Below are positions 11,366-23,954 of a stretch of 64,000 nucleotides of DNA, piece after piece (position 1 is the stretch's first letter; every line of letters begins with the position of its first letter). Under the pieces are notes generated by a model. It made no database searches. It was not told where the DNA came from and worked only from the letters and a program-made list of their open reading frames with translations. The stretch spans positions 645,630-709,629 of the forward strand of contig NW_003314276.1 in the NCBI RefSeq assembly GCF_000143415.4, in the 5' to 3' direction. Origin of the DNA: Selaginella moellendorffii. Taxonomy: Eukaryota > Plantae > Lycopodiophyta. The position numbers and the translations under genes were made by a program.

Positions 11366-12313
11366 GATCTCGATGATGGGCTTGGACAATTTTTGATACG
11401 CCTATCGATCGATCAGCTCGTCTTTGACAAGTATGGTGTCAATGAATCAGATGATCGCTTCCTAAGGAACTTCTCCCCTTGTTGTTTCTCCCTTCCTGTA
11501 GATTGCTGGTGGAATGCTGAGATTGTGGCAGAGGATTTATAGCAGTATCGCTTTCGAAGTTTTCCACCGGGTCAAAAGCATATACGAAATTCTCGCGTTG
11601 ATCTCTTCAATTTCTTCTCGAATGGGAAGCATAATAGTCAAAGTTCAAACCACCAGGGTCAACTATACACAAGGAGGTATCGCGTCTTTGACCAGCAGAC
11701 TTTCACTGAACTTTCACCTCTCATCTGTCCAGTAAAGCAACAAGTTGAGAGGTCGGGATCAGTGTTCTCCTCCTTTTCACCTGGTGATCAAAGGTTTAGA
11801 TTGGAAGTCCTGATGCCAAGTCTCTTTGACAAACTGCCCAGAGTCTCAATCAAGGAAAGGCTCCCAAGAGCGGTGCGCCATCACACTCTGGGGCCACCAC
11901 ACTCTTGGAATTCTTGGCTGCTGCTGGCAATCGGGCACATGTGGACAATGAGATGGACACAGATGGATCCGACCTGGCAGGAAGAATGGATGCAGGGGCA
12001 AAAAAAGTGGTGGGGAAGAGGATTGGCTTGGGAACGGTGCAACGAGCAATGATCAAAATCTAGGGTTTTGACTCAGCCCAGGCTTATGCCCATTTTAGAA
12101 CCGCTACAATATTTACTGGTTTGCTTAAAATGTAATTAGATATACTTATTAATATTAATATTTAATTAGATTAATCTTGATTTATAATAATTTATGGTTT
12201 GCTTAAGCAGTGAAATATATTTAATTCTACCAAATAATTTTTATTCATTTAGATTAATATTGCATTTATAATTTCCAAACATGTTTATAATTCATAACTT
12301 TCCATACCACCCC

Positions 12314-12701
12314 TCAATCTCCACAGATCCAGCATCGAGCAGTAGTGTCTGGGCTGAGGCTTGAATCCACAGTCGTTGCTCATCGAAACGAGAACTCGCG
12401 TCAAAGCACTCACATACGCAACTTGGTCGGGGATCATCTCACGAAAGTGGTCAATCGCTTGCGTCGGAATGGCTACACGTGGAAATCACCGACGTCCACG
12501 ACACAACGTTCGATGGGAGAATGGCGCCAGGATGGAGTTCCAGGAGACAATGTTCCTTTCGGGCATGAGAGAGAGGATCTCCCAGATGCCCTTGTTGGGC
12601 ATTCCCGCAAGGAGCAGCTCCATAGCTCGCACTCGGGCTCTTGACGCTGTGTTCCAGGTCACAAAGCTGGCGTGCGACAACGAGGCCCAAGATGCTGCCA
12701 A
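12314..12701 (-). pseudogene. PLS-PPR fragment
   Basis: MPERNIVSWNSILAPFS and NVVSWTSVISTCSHS. Confidence 0.85.
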
Positions 12702-12924
12702 GAGCCCAAGGTCTCCTCCATAAGCTGCTTCTTAGTTTTTAGTTTTAAGAAAATGGAGGCCTCGGGCTCTTGGCTGTGGGGGATCAGCCCAAGAGACCAA
12801 AGCCTCATGCACCATACTACATGCCCCCTGCCACGTATAACACGAGGTGGTGGCTCGATCCACCGTGGCTTGGATCAACAGTAACCATTCTCTTGTGCAT
12901 CAAATTTTAGGAGGTAAATAACGT

Positions 12925-13168
12925 TGTAGCGGTTCTAAAATGGGCGTAAGCCTGGGCGAGGCTTATTGGAGTCCACACCAAGTCAAAGCCCTTACAGTGC
13001 TCAGATAATGATCACCCTTGGCCCTGCTGCATCCCAAGAAGTCCCCGCTGATCTGCCGCCTGATCCTCTGTAACAAACCCCTCCCCGCCACATCAGATCT
13101 CCCTGCTGAGTCATCCCTCCATGTGTTCTGCCTCACTTTGTTCTACAGGCTTGTTATTGGCCGCTACA
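12925..13168. mobile_element. 244-bp insertion with TGTAGCGG...CCGCTACA ends and 4-bp TSD (solo-LTR-like or MITE)
   Basis: Empty site ataACGTtcaac in paralogs (e.g. 5691-5702); here flanked by ACGT (12921-24) and ACAT (13169-72). Confidence 0.85.
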
Positions 13169-13941
13169 ACATTCAACAGTTGTATCTCAAGTTCATGTCT
13201 TTTGCCTACAGATGAATGCTTACTTGAACAATGCCGCAATTGAAAACTGTCTTCTGGACGGAAATGAACAAAGGAGACCTTCAGGTAGGCAGCTCACGTT
13301 TGTCCTGCCAGCACATTTTAAAACTCAAAGCAATAGCTGCAAGCAAAAGTTGCACAAGCTGCTGCTCTGTCTGCAATTTCGTCTGGAACTGGATCCGCCG
13401 CTGACATTTCTGCTGCTGCTGCCGCTGCCGTTGCGAGCTCCAAAAGGTTTGTGCATTTCCACGAAGCAACTCTTGTTTGTTCCTCATGACAGTGCACTAG
13501 GAAGTATATATTTTGTTGAAATAAGGCTTGCAATACAGAGTAAAATCAAACCCAGAGCAAACAACACAGCCCGCAACTGCCAGCTACTCCTGCTAGCTCA
13601 CGAGGAATCGGCCAACCCCATGCATCAAAACATCACTCACTACAGCTGCATCATCAACCTCCTCAGCTGCACCGCACTCCCTTGTGGCCAAGGAGCTCAA
13701 GAAGGGAAACAATGCAAGCAAATTGTTTGTAGCAAAATGTAAACTAAGTTTTTCAAATCAACATATTTACAAGATTCAATCGAATGACCCAAACCAAAAC
13801 TCTATAGGCCATTGCAAGCGTGCCACCTTTCAGATATACGTGCCAAACTGAGCTTGGTCCTACTGATTAGCGTGAGGCCTCCGTAAAAGAATGACTTTGT
13901 AAAAGTCGACCACCGTGATCGTGATGGAAGAAAGACGGGCT

Positions 13942-15267
13942 CTACTGCTTGGTGTCCTTAAACCACCAGTTTGCTGGAACTCCAAGCTCTGCCTTGAGAT
14001 AGTCCGATCTCTTGTTCACCAGTGCGATATCCCGGGTGCCCGAGACACTGAAGGGCTTGCTTGGCCCTTGGTAGCCATCAACCAGGTGAAGCAAGGCCTC
14101 CAAGTTGTGCAGATCGGTCAAGCCACCATCTTCCCTCAGAAACGGAGAGATGTCGCTGCTGAGCTCAAACTCGGTGCCAACATGGGTGTAGGCCCATGGG
14201 AACCTGTGGAAGATGAGCGAGATGATGTCACAGCTGTCCTCGTTGACAATCACCCCTGGAACTTTGGGCACCAGGTCTGCGGCATTGCGTGTCTGGAGGA
14301 CTTTGAGCCCGAGCTCGAGGCACCTGTTCTTGAAACCCCGGTTCCCAACTCGGGGTGCCGAGAACGTGAAGACGGACACCGGGGTATTGCTCCCGGGCAG
14401 CCCAAGCTCTGTCACGTCGTAGGCGCTGAGGAGTGCAAGCGCGCCACCCAGGCTGTGGCCCGTGAACGTCATACTCAGCTGCTCGCCCTGGTAGAGCCCG
14501 ACCAATCGCTTGATCTCCGAGTGGAGCTGCTGCCTCGCGCTCATCCCGGCCTGATCGCCGGGGACTGGAGACGTGTAGATGCTGAGAAATCCCGTCTCCA
14601 CTTTCACGCCTTTGGTGTTGTGATCCGTGGGGTCGAGCCCGGTGGGGCGGAGGAGATCCTAGAGGTTCTCGATCCACTCGAGCTGCGTCACCGTCCCGCG
14701 CCAGGCCACCACAATGTCGCGGCGTCCCAACCGTCGGATGGCCTCGTCCGACGTGGCAACCGCCACGAAGCCCATCCAGTTGGTGTCCGACGTCCACGAG
14801 TCGTCGCCGGGTTGGGCGTTGGAATTGGAGCGCTTGAAGAAGCTGGGCAAGCCCAGCTGCGATGTTGCGTAGAGATAGGCCGTGATTTCGTATCCTGTGC
14901 TTGGGATTCCCACGGATTGGAGGAGCTCCTCCTTGGAGAACTTTGTGTCTCCACAGAATTCCGAGCCCTCGCTGTATTCGAAGCCGTCGTAGCAAGCCTG
15001 CGCGAATTCGCCGTATCGGATGATCTCCCGCCGGAGCCGCTCGTCGATGGAGGCGTTGGCGGGCGGGAGGAGCGGACTCCAGTGGCATGCATCCCGCCAG
15101 CCTGAGCTCAGCGCCAACTGCGTCTCCTCCAGCTCCACAACGCGCGCGCCATGACCATCTCCTTCAGATCTCTCCAACGTTCTTCTCTTGAATGAGAATG
15201 ACAATGAATCTCCTTCTCTCTCCAACGGCCTTCTCTTGAATGACAGTGACAATGAAACTCGTTCCAT
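13942..15267 (-). pseudogene. PLA1/DAD1-like lipase, copy 3, nonsense allele
   Basis: AAG(K)->TAG at 14659-14661 (+ strand ctt->cta) truncates the protein before the GHSLG serine; rest of the frame is intact. Confidence 0.9.
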
Positions 15268-16134
15268 GATCTCGATGCTCGCTCTGATGGGCTTGGACAA
15301 TTGTTGATACGCCTATCGATCGATCAGCTCGTCCTTGACGAGTATGGTGTCAATGAATCAGATGATCGCTTCCTAAGGAACTTCTCCCCTTGTTGTTTTT
15401 CCCTTCGTGTAGATTGCTGGTGGAATGCTGAGATTGTGGCAGAGGATTTATAGCAGTATCGCTTTCGAAGTTTGCCACCGGGTCAAAAGCATATACGAAA
15501 TTCTCGCGTTGATCTCTTCAATTTCTTCTCGTTGTCAAAGTTCAAACCACCAGGGTCAGCCGAAGGAGGTATCGCGTCTTTGACCAGCAGACTTTCACTG
15601 AACTTTCACTCTTGACTCTCATCCCTTCAGTAAAGCAGTTGCGAGGTCGGGATCACTGTTCTCCTCCTCACTTGGCGATCATAGGTGTAGATTGGAAGTC
15701 TTGACGCCAGATACTTGATCATCTCCTCCAGAGTCTCGATCAAGGAAAGGCTCCCAAGAGCGGCCCATCACACGCTAGGGCCACCACACTCTGGGGCCAC
15801 CACACTCTTGGAATCCTTGGCTGCTGCTGGTGATTATGGGTAGTCAACAATGAGCCTGTAGAACAAAGTGAGGTGGCACATGTGGATGATGAGAAGGTGC
15901 ATTGTTAAGGCCCAATTTTATTCTTAATATTAATATTTAATTATATTAATGTTTTATTTATATTAATTTATTGTTTGCATAAGCAAAAGTGAAATATATT
16001 AAGTTCTACCAAATAATTTTTATTCATTTAGATTAATCTTGTATCTAAACATATTTATAATCTATAAATTTCCTAAAAACTTAACCATTACTCTTTTCTA
16101 GCTCAATTACTCTTCAACCATTGTTTAACTGTAG

Positions 16135-16249
16135 GTACATGCATTCGATGGAGTATGTTGTGTCAGGAACAGCTGATGGAGTCATTTGCATCAATACTAC
16201 TGCTCATACTGGACAATTGGGTTTAGTACAGCAGCAAAAGTACTGGGAA
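16135..16249 (+). pseudogene. Possible isolated exon, weakly WD40-like (also ~28457-28571, 44490-44604)
   Basis: AG/GT-bounded, GC-richer island encoding EYVVSGTADGVICI; resemblance only. Confidence 0.3.
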
Positions 16250-18603
16250 GTATCAATGCGTAACATACAAGTTTCTCATTTGACATTCCTTTACAGGGTA
16301 ATGTTCTTTGTATTTATAATTAAGAAACATGTTTATAATTTAAAAACTTTCCTAAACATGTCTTAGTATATTCTAGTTTATTTTACCATTTAATGGTTAA
16401 TATTCAATAAGATTTATTTACATTTTTTTTATAAATTATAAACATGTTTATAATTATAAACTTTCATTTGATTAATTAGAAATATTAAGTAAACCTGCAA
16501 TGCACAGCAAATTAGTATTTATTTTACTATCTAATTTGAATGTAACAAGATTAATTTTCATTTATAAATTGTAAAAATGTTTATAATTATTGATCAAATG
16601 GATTATTCAATAATACTAAACAGGAATGAATTGTTTCAAGTTTCTTGTCTTTTTCTATGATCTCCACCTTGCTCCATTTTAGAATGAGGTAGAGGGCTAT
16701 CTCTCTTTCCTTTACTTTGAAGCTCATGGTGAATAGCTTTCTTCTCTATAGCTAGAAAAAGTAATGAAGATCAAGGTCATTAGTGTCTAAACCCAGACAC
16801 TATTATTAGTGTTTGTAAGCCTTCATTCAAAAGTGGGATTAGGATTGTGACTATGACTTTTATCATCATGGTCCTAAAATTCATTCTATGTGGGAGATGA
16901 CGCACAAAATGTCATGGAAACAATACAGAATTTAGACAGTATTAAATGTCCAAACTTTTTGAAGGCTTTCCCTCTAGCTTGGGATGGGAAGGTGATGGTA
17001 TATATGGACTTTTGAGCACTATTTGTAGGCTGACGTTGAGAAATAAGTTACAAGACTAACACACATTTCATCTTTGCAATGCTCATCTTAGTTTGGTTTT
17101 GATTGATTGATCCCACCAATGAGTTTTTATTTTATTTATTTATTTATTTCCTTTTTTTTTATCAGTTTCTGATGATAGAAACCAAAATGGAAGTAATTCT
17201 TATCACTACTTGCATTCCAGACCTTGCAACCTAATTCTTTTAGAACAAACTTTAAGGCTAGTACATGCAAGAGTAATTACAAGCAATAGAAGAGAAATCA
17301 GGTCTTCAAACCATTTGAATCATAGTCTTTCATTAGATTGAGCATTTAAGATTCTCCTGGATATAAGATTGTAAAGAAAAATGTGAAATAAACTGATCTT
17401 GACTGGAAATCTTTGTTTGAGTTTTAAAGCATAATAATCTATTGCTCAAACGACTATTTTAGATATGATAATGTTTTAATTATCCATGGTGGATAATTTT
17501 TACAACAAATATACAAAAAAACATTTGAAAGAAATCCAAGATATGAGTTTTTGAACCAAATTTACAAAGAAACATATAAAAATAACCTTTGTGATTTTTT
17601 TGGTTTGCTTAAGCAAACCTATAAATACGCTTGGATATTCTAGGATATTCTACCATCTAACGGTTGTTATTCATTTAGATTAATCTTGTATTTATAATTT
17701 ATAAACATGTTTATAATTTATAAACTTTCTTAAACCCTTTCTAGTATATTCTTTTTATTCTATCATCTAATGGTTGATATGTAGATTAATCTTTTTTTTA
17801 TAAATTACAAACATGCTTATAATTATAAACTTATTTGATTAATTAGATTAATAAGTAATAATTAAGCAAACCAAGCATTATTACATACAATTTTATTTTA
17901 AGATTCAATTTCAAACTCATGTTATTGATGTGTTTATTTCAAGGGTTTATTTCTAAGTTATTTTTGAATTAAGCTTTTATGAATGTTTTCTTTGTGTTTA
18001 TAAAAGTGTTTATATTGCACATTTTGATTAAACGAGAAGAACTTAGATGCTTACTAGCAGCAGCTAGCAGCTCATACAATACCTTGCCTAATGCATTGTA
18101 ATCCAAAAAATGAAAATACCTCTAATGACTGTTGTAAATTCCAATCTAAGTTGTGTTTTCTTACAAAGTCCCAACAGTGTTTCCGTTTGACACCTTTGTG
18201 TGAGCCCATTTGCCACACCACCATGCTGCGTGCGTGTTCTCTTCGACCAGTTCTCCTCCCAGCTTTCAGGTAAAGTCTAAAGCAGAAGGATGACTATAGA
18301 CGTGAGAAACGTACTTGATCATGTGTTCTCTTGCACTGAAGTAGTAGGCTCCTCATTATCACTATAGGAAATTTTTTTCAATGATGCTTGATGGGACCTA
18401 TAATTAAGCATCTATGGTTGGAATAAGTGGATTATGAACTCGACAAGTCATGTATCGCCACAAACGGTGCATGAAGGTCGCTAGAAACCAGTGGCTATTC
18501 AATTTTAAAATGGATCTGGGATTTCGTGGATGTTGTTTTGATTCTTGTGATACCAACAAGCGGCAGCAACTTCACACAAGCAGAAACAACACTGCATCGC
18601 CCG

Positions 18604-19981
18604 CTAGACACCGATGTCGTATACGTGGTGAGCCAGGAGCTTGGCCATGGAAGATGTTTCTGTCATCTTATTGTGCTTGAGGAAGCGGGCCTTGAACTCA
18701 TCATCATCAATGGGCGTTGCAGCCAGCCTTGCTGCAACCTGTTTTGGTGACAATCCGCGCTTGAGCAGGAAGCCCCGCCCCAATCTTGACATCCTCGCCA
18801 TGTAACAGCCGCGCCTCCCTGGCTCAAAATCCATTGGCGTCACGTAGGACACCGTCGACCCCGGGTCGCCGAGCATGCCCAAGTAGTTGCTCGCTTCAAG
18901 CTGCATCTGGAGGGAGGAAGGCTTGCCCTGCAGCTGCCGCACTACGAATTGCCTTGTCTATAAACCATGCATGAGCAACAAAAAAAATTTAAAAGAACGC
19001 TGAAGGCTCACTCACATGATCCGCTATTCGGAAGAGGTTCGACAGGAAGCTGTGAATAGCCGAGCACAGCCGCGCGTCTAACACGGCCATGTAGACGTTC
19101 TCCATGTAAGGTAAGGGCACACAGTAATAAGAGAAGCAAGCCTTCCGCCGTCGCCCAGATCTAGCAGGAGCTGCTCCAGGTCCACTGCACTTACAGTCCC
19201 TGTTGTTTCATTTCTTTTTGTCAATATTTTCATCTGGCTGCGAGGGAAACTTCCATCGCTCGAGCGACTGCAGCGATGAGTTGCAGAGCGGGATTTCATC
19301 AAGCAAGAAATCCAGCTTTGAGGACCTCACGTTTACAGCCTTTGGGAATTGAGCTTTATACCGTGCATATGGGTTTCTTTCCTCCAGGCCCTAAAGCAGC
19401 AAACTAAACTCGCATTACGTATTTCTTCACATACCACGCTTGGATTGTCTCGAACAGAGCTCCACCCTCCACGGAGAAGGCGAACTGTGCCTGAAGGCGG
19501 AGATGACCCTCCGCAACTCGAGCGTGGCATCCACGGCTTCTCTCATGCCCGGCGGCACGTCTGCAAGGTTATCCACTTCCTCCATAAGTTGGCCAACCCT
19601 GAAAAGGGACTGACGCCACGACCAAGTGCCCAGATTTCAGGTTCTTTCCAATGTGGAAGCTGTTTCCAAGAGCCATGGTTGCTCGAGAGCATTTTCCTGA
19701 GCGAAAGCCAGGAAGTTCCGGAAGCTTGCAGAGATGGTGCACTCTTGCCGGGAGGCCCAATCCGTGGTTGCCAAGACCCTGGCGTGCGAGCTTTCACAAC
19801 ATGCTGGCTCCACGATTTGGCGATTGAATTTGGGAGGGGTTCCCTTCATACTGAAAAGTTTTTCTTTCAAGAATCTGGAAGCGAAGAGCCACGTCGATCT
19901 GATTGGAACTTCTTGCGGGATCCAATGTGTGAGCAGCAGCAGCACAGTGGCGATTGATGCGACCGTCCACTCTGTTTCCAT
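18604..19981 (-). pseudogene. Unidentified multi-exon gene relic, copy 2 (carries extra short segments)
   Basis: Homologous to 2328-3667; same TGA (19637). Confidence 0.55.
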
Positions 19982-20189
19982 TTCTCTTGGAAGTTGAAAA
20001 AAGAATGAAACTTTGCAGGCGGCCACATTGGTCTTCGCGAATCGCCGCTGCTCGTCTCAGTCTATGGCGAGGCCGAGGCCGCTGGATCGTTCTGTGCCCA
20101 CTGCATTCATTTCTTCCAGTTCCTGGTGTGCGACGTGCTAAGATCAATGCCCGTTGGTTTGATGGCTCCCAGCTCTGGGCAAGGTGAGA

Positions 20190-20741
20190 GCTTCGATGCC
20201 ACCCGCGTACCTGGTTGATCCTGAAGTCCCTTGAACCGTCAACCTTTGGCTCACCTGGAGAAAGATATAGGAATGTGTTACTTACCGGGAAAGACCAACC
20301 AAGCCATAGCCACGAAGACTACGAACAAAAGAAGCGAAGAACTGAGAGAACAAGGAACGAAAGCTACTCACCACATCGAGCGGGACGAAGATGACCTGCG
20401 AGACGACCGAGGGGAGAAAGCCCGCAACTCCATTCGCGATGGCGGCGGCGGCGGTGTCTGGAAAGTTGAGCTTGGAAGTGAGGTTGAGCCGCCATCTTGG
20501 TCGCTTCGAGAGTTGTCAAGAACAGCACTCAACTGGAAACAGTGCCGGCAATCACGGTCCAAATCCCCGGTAGAGTCCTCTCACTCCATCCGTGCTAAGA
20601 ATCGATCTGAGCTTTCATATTGCTCGCCTCATTCTCGTCTTGATCGGGTAGAGCGCCGCCGACAAGCCCGATATGTTCTCTCGAGATTCTACTCACTGTC
20701 ACAGTTCGCACGACACCACCACTGGCGCCATCACGAGCCAT
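20190..20741 (-). pseudogene. SLC25A44-like mitochondrial carrier fragment, copy 2
   Basis: Homologous to 3876-4427. Confidence 0.8.
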
Positions 20742-21288
20742 GGTGACAGACAGGGAACGACGAGGTCCTGCCAGAAAAGATCACCCATTAACGGAGGAAA
20801 GTGGAGAGAAATTTAGATCACATACTTGTGTTTCTTGTTTGCTCATTCCTGGCCTCCACGCTTGATCGAGAAAGCCAAATATATATGTCGATCCAGCTTA
20901 GGCACGCGGAGTGAAGTTCCACCGATTGGCACACCGAAGATGCTACGTTTGTCGTGCTTGTCCCAATCTCGGCAGATCATTCCAGCCTCGAGAAAGGAGC
21001 AAAAGCAATACAGACTGTTTATATACATCAATCAAAGCTGCTGCTAAACAAAACCTTGTTCGAATATCTCTAACCAGCCATAGAAACTCAACACAGTTAA
21101 TCTAATAATAAAATAATAAAATAGTGTTTTCGCCCATTCCAACCTTGACAATTGCTTGTTTCACCCATAAGGACGAAGAAATCACGAGAACAATCCAGAT
21201 CGGCAAATGTAGACATGAGATTTTATCAGAAGCTTGCGATCCTGTACCTACACGCGACCCAAAGGAAAAGATGTTCACATTCAGGATC

Positions 21289-21843
21289 TTACAATCTGAA
21301 GCAATTGCTAATCAAGTTGGCACAGCCTTTTCCGCAACAAGAATGCTTCCCAACACTCCGCAGTCCGACGAGCTCAAACAATGCCGACTCCTTTGCGAGC
21401 CGGCGAGCAGCGCCATCCGGGAGCTCTCTCGGCTGGCTCAATCTCCACAGATCCAGCATCGAGCAGTAGTGTCTGGGCTGAGGCTTGAATCCACAGTCGT
21501 TGCTCATCGAAACGAGAACTCGCGTCCCTTGCCTGCGTGGCTGCAAGCAACCAAAGCACTCACATACGCAACTTGGTCGGGGATCATCTCACGAAAGTGG
21601 TCAATCGCTTGCGTCGGAATGGCTACACGCGGAAATCACCGACGTCCACGACACAACGTTCGATGGGAGAATGGCGCCAGGATGGAGTTCCAGGAGACGA
21701 TGAGAGCGAGGATCTCCCAGATGCCCTTGTTGGGCATTCCCGCAAGGAGCGAGTTCAGCTCCATAGCTCGCACTCGGGCTCTTGACGCCCGTGTTCCAGG
21801 TCACAAAGCTGGCGCGCGACAACGAGGCCCAAGATGCTGCCAA
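21289..21843 (-). pseudogene. PLS-PPR fragment
   Basis: NVVSWTSVISACSHS; HYCSMLDL. Confidence 0.8.
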
Positions 21844-22628
21844 GAGCCCGAGGTCTCCTCCATAAGCTGCTTCTTAGTTTTTAGTTTTAAGAAAATGGAG
21901 GCCTCGGGATTACTTGAACAATGCCGAAGAAGTACGATTGAAAACTGTCTTCTGGACGGAAATGAACAAAGGAGACTTTCAGGTAGGCAGCTCACGTTTG
22001 TCCTGCCAGCACATTTTAAAACTCGCAGCAAAAGCTGCACAAGCTGCTGTTCTGTCTGCAATTTCGTCTGGAACTGGATCCGCCGCTGACATCTCTGCTG
22101 CTGCTGCCGTTGCGAGCTCCAAAAGGTTTGTGCATTTCCACGAAGCAACTCTTGTTTGTTCCTCACGCCATTGCACTAGGAAGTATTGAAATAAGGCTTG
22201 CAATACAGAGCAAATTCAAAACCAAAGCAAACAACACAGTCCGCAACTGCCAGATACTCCTGCTATCATCGAGGAATCGGCCAACCCCATGCATCCAAAC
22301 ATCGCTCACTACAGCTACATCATCGATCTCCTCAGCTGCACCGCACACCCTTGTGGCCAAGGAGCTCAAGAAGGGAAACAATGCAAGCAAATGGTTTGTG
22401 TCATGGAATAGCAAAATGTAAAGTAAGTTTTCAAATCAAGATATTTACAAGATTCGGTCGAATGAACTTCAAGGAAGCTTCTCGAACCAAAACTCTATAA
22501 GCCATTGCAAGCGTGCCACCTTTCAGATATACGTGCCAAACAGAGCTTACTGATCAGCGTGAGGCCTCCGTAAAAGAATGAGTTTGTAAAAGTCCACCAC
22601 CGTGATCGTGATGGAAGAAAGACGGACT

Positions 22629-23954
22629 CTACTGCTTGGTGTCCTTAAACCACCAGTTTCCTGGAACTCCAAGCTCTGCCTTGAGATAGTCCGATCTCTT
22701 GTTCACCAGTGCGATATCCCGGGTGCCCGAGACACTGAAGGGCTTGCTCGGCCCTTGGTAGCCATCAACCAGGTGAAGCAAGGCCTCCAAGTTGTGCAGA
22801 TCGGTCAAGCCACCATCTTCCCTCAGAAACGGAGAGATGTCGCTGCTGAGCTCAAACTCGGTGCCAACATGGGTGTAGGCCCATGGGAACCTGTGGAAGA
22901 TGAGCGAGATGATATCACAGCTGTCCTCGTTGACAATCACCCCTGGAACTTTGGGCACCAGGTCTGCGGCATTGCGTGTCTGGAGGACTTTGAGCCCGAG
23001 CTCGAGGCACCTGTTCTTGAAACCCCGGTTCCCAACTCGGGGTGCCGAGAACGTGAAGACGGACACCGGGGTATTGCTCCCGGGCAGCCCAAGCTCTGTC
23101 ACGTCGTAGGCGCTGAGGAGTGCAAGCGCGCCACCCAGGCTGTGGCCCGTGAACGTCATACTCAGCTGCTCGCCCTGGTAGAGCCCGACCAATCGCTTGA
23201 TCTCCGAGTGGAGCTGCTGCCTCGCGCTCATCCCGGCCTGATCGCCGGGGACTGGAGACGTGTAGATGCTGAGAAATCCGGTCTCCACTTTCACGCCTTT
23301 GGTGTTGTGATCCGTGGGGTCGAGCCCGGTGGGGCGGAGGAGATCCTTGAGGTTCTCGATCCACTCGAGCTGCGTCACCGTCCCGCGCCAGGCCACCACA
23401 ATGTCGCGGCGTCCCAACCGTCGGATGGCCTCGTCCGACGTGGCAACCGCCACGAAGCCCATCCAGTTGGTGTCCGACGTCCACGAGTCGTCGCCGGGTT
23501 GGGCGTTGGAATTGGAGCGCTTGAAGAAGCTGGGCAAGCCCAGCTGCGATGTTGCGTAGAGATAGGCCGTGATTTCGTATCCCGTGCTTGGGAGTCCCAC
23601 GGATTGGAGGAGCTCCTCCTTAGAGAACTTTGTGTCTCCACAGAATTCCGAGCCCTCGCTGTATTCGAAGCCGTCGTAGCAAGCCTGGGCGAATTCGCCG
23701 TATCGGATGATCTCCCGCCGGAGCCGCTCGTCGATGGAGGCGTTGGCGGGCGGGAGGAGCGGACTCCAGTGGCATGCATCCCGCCAGCCTGAGCTCAGCG
23801 CCAACTGCGTCTCCTCCAGCTCCACAACGCGCGCGCCATGACCATCTCCTTCAGATCTCTCCAACGTTCTTCTCTTGAATGAGAATGACAACGAATCTCC
23901 TTCTCTCTCCAACGTCCTTCTCTTGAATGACAGTGACAATGAAACTCGTTCCAT
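22629..23954 (-). CDS. PLA1/DAD1-like lipase, copy 4
   Basis: Intact ORF, catalytic motifs present; private VPGNWW. Confidence 0.94.
   Translation of the reverse strand: MERVSLSLSFKRRTLEREGDSLSFSFKRRTLERSEGDGHGARVVELEETQLALSSGWRDACHWSPLLPPANASIDERLRREIIRYGEFAQACYDGFEYSEGSEFCGDTKFSKEELLQSVGLPSTGYEITAYLYATSQLGLPSFFKRSNSNAQPGDDSWTSDTNWMGFVAVATSDEAIRRLGRRDIVVAWRGTVTQLEWIENLKDLLRPTGLDPTDHNTKGVKVETGFLSIYTSPVPGDQAGMSARQQLHSEIKRLVGLYQGEQLSMTFTGHSLGGALALLSAYDVTELGLPGSNTPVSVFTFSAPRVGNRGFKNRCLELGLKVLQTRNAADLVPKVPGVIVNEDSCDIISLIFHRFPWAYTHVGTEFELSSDISPFLREDGGLTDLHNLEALLHLVDGYQGPSKPFSVSGTRDIALVNKRSDYLKAELGVPGNWWFKDTKQ

Noticed and set aside
21124-22089. 321-aa + strand ORF
   Set aside because: Chance fusion of antisense PPR and out-of-frame BRF1 sequence; not open in paralogous units.
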